Below, piece by piece: positions 1 through 7,925 of a stretch of DNA of 32,918 bases (within the stretch, counting starts at the first letter, position 1; each line of letters begins with the position of its first letter). Position numbers and translations under genes: made by a program. This DNA is from Hormoscilla sp. (lineage in GTDB: Bacteria; Cyanobacteriota; Cyanobacteriia; Cyanobacteriales; Desertifilaceae). The stretch lies in NCBI GenBank assembly GCA_051439505.1, contig JBFRWI010000130.1, forward strand, positions 1-32,918, given 5' to 3'. The notes under the pieces were generated by a model. It saw nothing but the letters and a program-made list of their open reading frames with translations. It was not told the DNA's origin and did not search any database.

Positions 1-1260
1 GGTGATTCTAGCTGGAGTTGCACTGACGCTACAGTTGCCTTGCTCCCAAATCTCTACCTTGAGGACGTTTCAGTCTTTTGCTTGGGTGCTGTTGTCGTTT
101 TACCAAACCGAGACAGATTATAGTTAAACAGCTTTTTACCTCTTTACTCTCATACTGTGAACTTGGCTGCTTATCTGCCAGGGGAAGCTTACATGCTTCC
201 TTCATATAACTACCTTAAACCCTGAATGGTTCGTCTGGCAACCCCTTTTAACAATTCTTTACATTTCGACCCTTAAACACACAACAGCACCCGGTTCGCC
301 CGACCTAGTGACTTCCTCTCTACCGGTGATTCTAGCTGGAGTTGCACTGATGAGACAGTTGCCTTGCTCCCCCATCTTTACCTTGAGGACGTTTCGATCT
401 TTTGCTTGGGTGCTGTTGTCGTTTTACCAAACCGAGACAGATTATAGTTAAACAGCGTTTTACCTCTTTACTCTTGACGTGGACTTGGCTGCTTATCTGC
501 CAGGGAAGCTAATGCTTCATGTTTCTACTTTAAACTCCCAAGGGTTTCTCTGCCAACCCCTTGCAACAATTCTTTACATTTCCTGCCCTTAAACACACAA
601 CAGCACCCGGTTCGCCCGACCTAGTGACTTCCTCTCTCTACCGGTGATTCTAGCTGGAGTTGCACTGACGCTACAGTTGCCTTGCTCCCAAATCTCTACC
701 TTGAGGACGTTTCAGTCTTTTGCTTGGGTGCTGTTGTCTTTTTACCAGACCGAGACAGATTATAGTTAAACAGCTTTTTACCTCTTTACTCTCATACTGT
801 GGACTTGGCTGTTTATCTGCCAGGGAAGCTAATGCTTCATGTTTCTACTTTAAACTCCCAAGGGTTTCTCTGCCAACCCCTTGCAACAATTCTTTACATT
901 TACGGACTTTAAACACACAACAGCACCCGGTTCGCCCGACCGATTTTACTCCTCTCTACCGGTGATAATAACTGGAGTTGCACTGATGCTACAGTTGCCT
1001 TGCTCCCCCATCTCTACCTTGAGGACGTTTCAGCCTTTTGCGTGGGTGCTGTTGTGGTTTTACGAGACAGATTATAGTTAAACAGCGTTTTACCTCTTGT
1101 GTGTGATTGTGGACTTGGCTGCTTATCTGCCAGGGAAGCTAAATGCTTCATGTTTCTACCTTAAACCCTGAATGGTTCCTCTGGCAACCCCTTTTAACAA
1201 TTCGTTACATTTCCTGCCCTTAAACACGCAACAGCAGCCGGTTTGCCGTGCCGGGTGCTG
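1..1260. repeat. Tandem array of ~318-324 bp non-coding units (at least 4; starts at window edge)
   Basis: Motif ggtgat(tc/aa)ta(g/a)ctggagttgcactga recurs at 1, 325, 643 and 961. Units align along their length with local substitutions and indels. No ORF is conserved across units. Confidence 0.95.
212..265 (-). promoter_or_regulatory. Putative sigma70 promoter with upstream HLR1 (RpaB)-like direct repeat, present in each array unit
   Basis: Minus strand TTGCCA-N18-TAAGGT (units 1, 4) or TTGGCA-N18-TAAAGT (units 2, 3). Plus strand TTAACAAT-tc-TTTACATT at 248-265, with equivalents at 563-580, 883-900 and 1194-1211, resembles (G/T)TTACA(T/A)(T/A)-N2-(G/T)TTACA(T/A)(T/A). Confidence 0.5.
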
Positions 1261-1300
1261 CCTCTGAGGGTGAAATTATCTGTGGAGATTAACTGACTGA

Positions 1301-1401
1301 CTTAGTGGTGCAAGCGCCCGTTGGTAGTAGCCCTCACCCGTTCCCAGGCAACCGACAGATGGGAGGCCCATAAACGATCAACGGGCGCTTGCACCACACC
1401 C
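1301..1401. mobile_element. MITE-like element, GGGTGTGG-TIR family; may also act as terminator of the adjacent gene
   Basis: Perfect 19-bp inverted repeat at 1305-1323 and 1379-1397. Right end is CCACACCC. Shares gcgcccgttggtagtagccc with the element at 3220. Confidence 0.7.
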
Positions 1402-1408
1402 TTCACGA

Positions 1409-1798
1409 TCAGCAATAGGCCGTGACATCCTCGCCGCATTCATCGGCCAGGTAGCACAGGGCCCGGAAGCGCAGATAAACCACTTCGTTATAGAGGGGGT
1501 TGAGCTTGCAGAGGGGCGGAATGTGCAACAGGGTGCGGCCAAATAGTTTAATGTCCCGTTCAAATGGACATTGGGTGGGAATGTGCCGGCAGATATAATG
1601 GGCCATTTGGGGATTTCTCACTTCCATGCGATCGAGCCATTGCCGTAGGGGACGCAGCAGATCTAAATTAGTCTGCTGTTGCCGGTGGCTGGGGGACAGG
1701 CTGTATGAAACCTGTTTGCGCAGCCATGACCAACCGGTGATGGCAAGATTTTGCATGGTATAATGACAAACACTCATCTTTTTTTCCTTTGTCTCCAT
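1409..1798 (-). CDS. Mo-dependent nitrogenase C-terminal domain-containing protein (function unknown)
   Basis: Signature IPxQCPFERDIKLFGRTLLHIPPLCKLNPLY...LRFRALCYLADECGED of this cyanobacterial family. Start codon uncertain. Confidence 0.88.
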   Translation of the reverse strand: METKEKKMSVCHYTMQNLAITGWSWLRKQVSYSLSPSHRQQQTNLDLLRPLRQWLDRMEVRNPQMAHYICRHIPTQCPFERDIKLFGRTLLHIPPLCKLNPLYNEVVYLRFRALCYLADECGEDVTAYC

Positions 1799-2692
1799 TA
1801 GGTGCTGGTGATATCGGCACCCTGAACGCTGGTTGAGTTACACCCATGAAGGTGAACTTATATTTTGATTGTGGTTTGGTCAGCTTGGTTTTGAGAGGAG
1901 AGATATCACTGGATTAATGTGCGTGTAATTCGTGATTTTCGTGATGTAATTATGACGTAGGTATGATTTGCCTCACAGTAGTCTCTTTGATTCCCTTTGA
2001 CAACCGCTAGCTGGCGGTTGTCTTGGGGTGAGGTGTCTGGTACCCCTGGCGCTAGTGGCACAACGGGGGCCAGACACAGGATCGTGGGCCCGCACTACCC
2101 CTAAGATGTCATGGTCGCACGTGCATGGGAGACATCTATTTTAGGCGTTGCACATTTTGGGGATGATAGTTGTCAGTTGATAGTTGTCAGTTGTCAATTA
2201 TTCGTCACAAGTCATTATTTATTTCGCGCTCCGTGGATGACTTGCTTTCATGGCTCAACCATTATCGGTAGAGTTGTGCAGCATTTTAGATCAATTGAGC
2301 TAAGTTAATCGCGGTTTTTCCCCGTGGTCATGGGTCAGTTGGTGGGCGATGCCCACCCAAATAGATGCAACTACTTTTGAGTCGCACCCGTTTTTTTAGC
2401 AAGTCCAGTGGCTTTGTGGGAATTAATATTATAGTTGAAGTCAGTAGAGCGCTTTTTGAGGGGCGATCGCTTTGGTGTTGGGGGTCTGGGGTGCCGGTTG
2501 TCGCCTATGGGGCTGGGGGTGAGGTTATATATAGTAGGGGAGGTCTGGGGAAGAGGGGCAGTAATTGCGCTTTCTAGGGGCTTCTCCCTGGGCTCCTGGT
2601 GTTGGGGGGGTACTAGAGGAAGGGTTTGGCTCTCCTATGGCTCTCCTAGGGCCCGCTAATGGCTAGACTTGGGCGAGGGTATGGCTCGCGGT

Positions 2693-2734
2693 CTCGGCTC
2701 GGTTACGGCTCGGTTACGGCTCGGTTACGGCTCG
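2693..2734. repeat. 11-bp tandem repeat (ggctcggttac), about 3.5 copies
   Basis: Directly visible: ggctcggttac-ggctcggttac-ggctcggttac-ggctcgg. Confidence 0.85.
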
Positions 2735-2952
2735 GGTATCTATCGTCACAGTATTTGCGTGACTGAAGTCACATACATGGATGGGGTGGGCGGCTATTAT
2801 GGGCTGGCGAGCGGGGGATGATTTCACCCAACCGCTTCAGTTCTTATCTACAAACTGAGGGTACTGTTAGGGATCTAAAAGGCGCGACTGTTGCTTTGTA
2901 ATTTACTACAAAATTGCTTTTTTAGATAAATAAATTAGGTTAAAACTTTCGA

Positions 2953-3110
2953 TCTTGCACCATTCTCGATTAGTCTCGTGATCCGCCGGGGGTTAAAACC
3001 CCACCGCGAGTAGCTTAAGTGGGTTAAAACCCCTGTCCCCATTGTCGAGAAAGCGTTTTCTCCTCCTTCGGTGGCTGCTCTCCTCTGCGGAATGCGCTGC
3101 TTGGGAACGA
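2953..3110. repeat. Composite dispersed palindromic repeat (related copy at 25495-25658)
   Basis: ccgccgggggttaaaacccc...tagcttaagtgggttaaaaccc...cattgtcgagaaagcgtttt matches 25495-25588 over about 95 bp. Confidence 0.85.
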
Positions 3111-3219
3111 GTGAGTTACTAGCTACTTTCTCCCCCACGCTGCCCGAAAAATCGCTCCGGACAAATAGGCCACGAAAATATTTACCACGTCAATGCCGAG
3201 TTCGCTATAGGTGGAAATC

Positions 3220-3364
3220 GGGTGTGGCTCCTGCGCCCGTTGGTAGTAGCCCGAACCCGTTCCCAGGCAGAGCCGTGGGAACGAAGGGCCCGGCTACATG
3301 TTCCATACCCGCCTGCGCGGGCTATATTACATATCAGCTATCAACTCTCTGCATGACCACACCC
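3220..3364. mobile_element. MITE with imperfect ~25-bp TIRs and a 9-bp target-site duplication
   Basis: Ends are GGGTGTGG...GTTGGTAG and CTATCAAC...CCACACCC. GTGGAAATC flanks both sides (3211-3219, 3365-3373). Confidence 0.88.
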
Positions 3365-3519
3365 GTGGAAATCTCGCTCTTCCGCCCGAGGGTGCGGCCA
3401 GAGTGATGCTTGTACTGTTAGGAGGCGGAGTTGAGCAAAGCTTAACCATTTCTCAATCATTAGTTAGCCGACAGCTAATAGGATTGACACAAGATAAGAA
3501 AGATGAACGGGAAGGTCAG

Positions 3520-3758
3520 GGGTGTGGTTAAAACCGGTTGGTAGCAGGCTCCCCGCGCCCCGGGAACTCGATGCCTCGGGGGTCTCGGGATGTCCACGCT
3601 TTGCGCTAATCGTACTACCGGTGGACATCCGGATCGCAAAAGGGGGCCCATGGCCCTCACCCGTGCATGGCCTGGCTAGAAGCAACCTTGCCCGCCTGCG
3701 TGGGCTATATAGATGTATCATTTGTGTACCCGACTATCAACTATTTATGACCACACCC
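3520..3758. mobile_element. MITE of the same family with degenerate 9-bp target duplication
   Basis: TIRs gggtgtggttaaaaccggttggtag and ctatcaactatttatgaccacaccc. Flanks gaaggtcag and gaatgtaag match 7/9. Confidence 0.8.
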
Positions 3759-4253
3759 GAATGTAAGGGTTGATGAGATCTCAAGTTCGGACTAGATAGG
3801 TGGAAATTATGATAATCTAGGGGAAATAGTATGGGTAAATATGCAGAAGCAAAAATAAGCAAAACTGCGGTTTCGCTGGTTTGATATGTGCTATTAGGAT
3901 ATTTGATGAGAGCCGCCGATCGCTAAGGGCAAGCAGTAACCAGAACCAGTACCGTGACGCTAAAAACTGACTCCTAGGCGGGACAAGTCATAAGCTTAGC
4001 AACTAGGAAATCCGATTGAAACTTCATCGAAGGTTTATCAAAGCTTTACCTGGGTGTGCTCAAAACCCGTTGGTTGTTTTTGGTCACACCTGCGGATGGT
4101 GCCCACCCTACCAATATAACTACTGATGCTAACGAGTTTCAGGAAGTAAACGTCGGATTGTCACTTTATGTGAAGCTTTGTACCAGTTTGATAGATCGGC
4201 AATTTGAAAATTTTTGTCCAATACAGAGGCGTCCAATTAATTAGGAGATAGAA

Positions 4254-6305
4254 ATGGCTGCAACAACATTGAATCCAGGTGATATAGCCATTGTTGGCTT
4301 TAATTTTGACGACCCTGACGAATTTGCCTTTACCCCATTAATAGATATTGGTGCGGGTACAGAAATTAAGTTTACCGATAACGGTTGGCAAGCTGCTGGT
4401 ACCTTCAGAGCTAATGAAGGCACTTTTACTTGGACAGCACCCACAGATATTGCTGCTGGAACAATAATTAATCCTACTGTCAGTAGTATTTTATTCTCAG
4501 CTGCTGGCGACCAAATTATTGCTTACCAAGGAGATAGTAGCAACCCCACCTTTATTTACGCCCTCAACAGTGAAGGGAATCCCGGAGTATGGCAGTCTGA
4601 TTCTACCAGTGCCAGTACATCCGCCCTACCCACAGGTTTAGTCAATGGCGAAACGGCAGTAGCTTTAGACGAAGTTGACAATGCCATTTATACTGGTATT
4701 ACTTCTGGTACCCAAGCAGAATTACTAGCAGCGATCGGCGATAAGTCTAATTGGTCTGGCAGCAATAGCGCCAGGCAGACCATGCCAACAAACCCTTTCA
4801 CGGTTAGTGGTGGTAGCAGTGGAACAACCCTGGCGATCGCCCCTACCGATGCCACTAAAGCAGAAGGCAACAGCGGGAACACCACTTTGACTTTCACGGT
4901 GACGCGATCGGGGGATACCAGCGGCACAACTAGCGTGAATTATGCCGTCTCTAGCAGCGCAGCAGATGTCAACGATTTCCATAATGTTTATATGCCTATG
5001 TTCCCTTCAGGGATTGTTAATTTTGCCAGTGGGGAAACTAGCAAGACGATCAATATCTTAGTATTTGGCGACACCGACATTGAACCCGATGAAAACTTCA
5101 CAGTCACGTTGTCCAACCCCTCGGGTGGGGCCAGCATCACCACGGCTAGCGCTGATGGTACCATCCAGAATGATGATGTTGCTGCCCCAGAAATAGACGT
5201 GCAGGGGAACAGCCTTTCCATTACCGATGGGGATACCACTCCCGCGACGGCAGACCACACGGACTTTGGCAGCCAAGATATCGCTTCTGGTACGGTGTCG
5301 CACACCTTCACGATTGAAAATACGGGTAGCGCTACTCTTACCTTACCTGGCAATCCCGTGTCCATCACTGGAGCCAATGCTAGCGATTTCACGGTTACCC
5401 AACCCTCTGAGATCGTCTTGACTCTTTCCCCTGGTGGCAGCTCATTTTTTAGCATTGAGTTCGACCCCGAAGCTACGGGTCTGCGAACTGCGGAGATCTC
5501 TATTGCTAATGATGATTCTGATGAGAATCCCTTTAATTTCACCATTCAAGGGATGGGAACAGCTACCCCGGGAGTAACCATCACACAAACCGATAGCAGC
5601 ACGGATGTAGAGGAAGGGGGTGCCATGGATACCTACATGGTAGTGCTGGATGCTCAACCCACAGGGGATGTCATTGTCAATATCACCCCCGACTCGCAAA
5701 CGACTGTTAATTTGGCAAGTCTCACCTTTAATAGCAGTAACTGGGATACGGCACAGACTGTAACGGTAACTGCTAGTGATGATTCCACAGCAGAAGGCAC
5801 TCATACCAGTACCATCAGCCATGCGATCGACCTCAGCAGCGCCTCGGAATACCGTGCTGTCAGCATTAATAATGTCACGGTTAATATTACAGACAACGAC
5901 GTTAACAATATTACTGGGGGATCTGGAAGCCAAACCTTAACGGGAACTGATGGGCCCGATCGCATTACTGGCGGACTCGGTCGGGACGTGATTACTGGAG
6001 GTGCAGGTAATGACGAATTCGTCTACAGTCAATTACGGGATGTTGGGGACAGGATTATGGACTTTGTCGTTGGCGAAGACAAATTATTGCTCAGGGATCT
6101 GTTTACGAGCTTAAGTCAGAGTATCAGCGATCTGGCAACTGCTAAGAGTCAAGGTTTTATCAGTTTTGTCGATCGCAACCCCCACACCGTGGTCATGCTA
6201 GATCCCGATGGCAGCAGCGGTCTTCGCGGGCGTTACCGACCTTTGGCCGTGATCCTAAATGTAATTGAGAGTGATCTGGACGCTGCCGGTAACTTTATTT
6301 TCTAA
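4254..6305 (+). CDS. Secreted/surface protein with Calx-beta and Ig-like domains and C-terminal RTX-type Ca-binding repeats (likely type I secretion substrate)
   Basis: GGAG RBS. Calx-beta motifs ([23 protein letters not shown].....GD...[12 protein letters not shown]). Ig-like PEIDVQGN...HTFTIENTG domain. [17 protein letters not shown] repeats followed by [13 protein letters not shown]. Confidence 0.88.
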   Translation: MAATTLNPGDIAIVGFNFDDPDEFAFTPLIDIGAGTEIKFTDNGWQAAGTFRANEGTFTWTAPTDIAAGTIINPTVSSILFSAAGDQIIAYQGDSSNPTFIYALNSEGNPGVWQSDSTSASTSALPTGLVNGETAVALDEVDNAIYTGITSGTQAELLAAIGDKSNWSGSNSARQTMPTNPFTVSGGSSGTTLAIAPTDATKAEGNSGNTTLTFTVTRSGDTSGTTSVNYAVSSSAADVNDFHNVYMPMFPSGIVNFASGETSKTINILVFGDTDIEPDENFTVTLSNPSGGASITTASADGTIQNDDVAAPEIDVQGNSLSITDGDTTPATADHTDFGSQDIASGTVSHTFTIENTGSATLTLPGNPVSITGANASDFTVTQPSEIVLTLSPGGSSFFSIEFDPEATGLRTAEISIANDDSDENPFNFTIQGMGTATPGVTITQTDSSTDVEEGGAMDTYMVVLDAQPTGDVIVNITPDSQTTVNLASLTFNSSNWDTAQTVTVTASDDSTAEGTHTSTISHAIDLSSASEYRAVSINNVTVNITDNDVNNITGGSGSQTLTGTDGPDRITGGLGRDVITGGAGNDEFVYSQLRDVGDRIMDFVVGEDKLLLRDLFTSLSQSISDLATAKSQGFISFVDRNPHTVVMLDPDGSSGLRGRYRPLAVILNVIESDLDAAGNFIF

Positions 6306-6458
6306 TGTAAAAATGCAGTAATTATCTCAGACTTGTAGAGATAATTCCGGCAGGATACTGAAAAAACAAGGAGTATCTACCATGAAGACAAGAACAAAAA
6401 TCGCAAGTGCGATCGGGATAGCGGTAGCGAGTCTATTCTATTATGCAACGCCTGGGTC

Positions 6459-6561
6459 AACGTGAGTTCTCCGTTCGGAGTTCTCCGTTCGGAGTTGGGT
6501 ATCTCTTGAACGCAATCATGGGGGTTTAACGTGAGTTCTCCGTTCGGAGTTCGGAGTTGGG
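6459..6561. repeat. Duplicated short repeat aacgtgagttctccgttcggagtt...ggg
   Basis: Two near-identical copies at ~6459 and ~6527 built from ttcggag-type units. Confidence 0.75.
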
Positions 6562-6740
6562 AAAAACAATTATACAATTACTTTGAACATTATTTTAAGT
6601 GCGGTCAAAACGCAACTTCAGCCTCTAGCCTTTGGGTTTGCAACCCCCGGCGGTCCCTGAGCGAAGCCGAAGGGCGGGTAGAGAGCGAAGTAACTAACTG
6701 TATCATCTAAAAATCGAAATGCTATAAGGTAGATCGATCG

Positions 6741-6905
6741 GGGTTACGGGTACTGTAGTTGATAGCCGGTTGCCTCTGGTGATGCATGTAATATAGCCCG
6801 CCGGTAGGCTTGCGCTCACCCGACCGCCCAGCGGCGCATTCCGGAGCAGGCGTGCTGCCAGCGCCGGTGGCGAGGTCTCCTACCAACGGGCGCAAGACCA
6901 CTCTC
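6741..6905 (-). mobile_element. Degenerate MITE of the GGGTGTGG/GAGAGTGG family, opposite orientation
   Basis: Reverse complement reads gagagtggtcttgcgcccgttggtag ... gcgggctatattacat ... gctatcaact, matching 3220-3364. No target duplication visible. Confidence 0.7.
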
Positions 6906-7020
6906 ACCGTGTTAGGGAACACCGGAACGCCGGTCTAGGGGGTTTGAGGCATTTTCGACCGGAGGAGAAATAAGGGTCCGGAGCATCTGTCGAACTCACG
7001 TTCATCAGAAGAACCACCGA

Positions 7021-7177
7021 CGCTATGGGAGAAGAAATTTTTCCGCTATGGGAGAAGAAATTTTTCTCGGCGATCGAAGATCCTTTTCTCGGCGATCGAA
7101 GATCCTTTCCTCGCCGAGAAAAGATCCTTTCCTCGCCGAGAAAAGAACCTTTTCCGCTATGAGAAAAGAACCTTTTC
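7021..7177. repeat. Degenerate 22-23 bp tandem repeat, about 7 units
   Basis: cgctatgggagaagaaatttttc x2, ctcggcgatcgaagatcctttY x2, ctcgccgagaaaagaWcctttY x2, ccgctatgagaaaagaacctttt. Confidence 0.8.
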
Positions 7178-7338
7178 CCTTGAGGGAGCGGCTTTTTGTC
7201 ATAATTGTCTATTAGAGAGCAATGTTGATTACCTTTTATACCCCGGAACCCCAATACTTCTCGGTTAGGGAGAAGCCACCCCAATACCGACTTCTTAGGC
7301 GCCACAAAATGTGGCGCCGTCATAGCAATTCATAAAAA

Positions 7339-7732
7339 CTTGCTACACATCATGGTCAGGAATTAACCCCCGCTCCTTGCTGCCAAAGACTTTACCCTTG
7401 GCGTGGCGTGGCGCAGCCAGATGCAAGAATAAAGTGATGTGAATTTACCAATTGCTTACATGGCCATTTTTGTACAACTCCACAGGGGGGTATATTAGAC
7501 CGTAAAGGCTGTTTTCCCAAAAGGGCCTTTTTTGTTCTCTCTCTCAAGATCGGAAGGGCCACCCCAACTGAGTAGGGGAGTAGGGAGTGGGGAGTGGCCA
7601 GAGAGAAGTGGAGAGTGGGGAGTGGAATGCTTGCTACACATCCATAGATGAAAGTCACCCCCGCTCCTTGCTCCTAAAGACTTTCCCAGTCATGGCCATT
7701 GAGAAATGCTTGCTACACATCCATAGATGAAG
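7339..7732. repeat. Direct repeats (cttgctacacatc...cccccgctccttgct..aaagacttt) plus ggggagt heptamers upstream of ndhF3
   Basis: cttgctacacatc at ~7339, ~7630 and ~7708. acccccgctccttgct occurs twice. Heptamer run at ~7570-7625. Confidence 0.75.
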
Positions 7733-7925
7733 GTCTACTACATCATCTAATCGGATGCTATTGGTAAATCTTGTTTGTTTTTTCATTAAAAAAACTATAA
7801 TCTGGATCTAGCCATAGACTTTTAGCACCAAAAAAACAACGAAAAAATATATCGTTGGCGATCGGGTTGATCTATGTTGCTAGACTATAGTGAATGTTTC
7901 ACCCCTATGGATGACCCATTCTCAA

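Noticed and set aside
1..60. Cobalamin riboswitch (minus strand GCAACTGTA) or SAM-I (TTATC...GGCAACC at ~171-243)
   Set aside because: Only isolated short motifs match; the other conserved core elements and a downstream regulated gene are missing.
346..396. Hammerhead ribozyme (CTGATGAG in unit 2, GAAAC nearby)
   Set aside because: CTGATGA is absent from the other units and GAAAC is on the opposite strand.
1..1260. CRISPR array or repeat-protein gene (ORFs 720-965, 881-1081)
   Set aside because: Units are ~320 bp and similar throughout, with no unique spacers; indels and stops break these ORFs in the other units.
1409..1798. Evidence for nitrogen fixation
   Set aside because: The domain name is historical, the family also occurs in non-diazotrophs, and no nif genes are in the window.
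3220..3364. 6S-like or other rod-shaped ncRNA
   Set aside because: The flanking 9-bp direct repeat and variable interiors among copies are better explained by a MITE with TIRs.
2111..4244. Short ORFs in the left intergenic region, and 6377-7658
   Set aside because: They are translations of repeats or MITEs with no recognisable motifs or RBS.
4688..5933. Long antisense ORFs within the RTX gene, and similar ones within pilB, dnaK and dnaJ
   Set aside because: Shadow ORFs produced by codon bias of the real genes.
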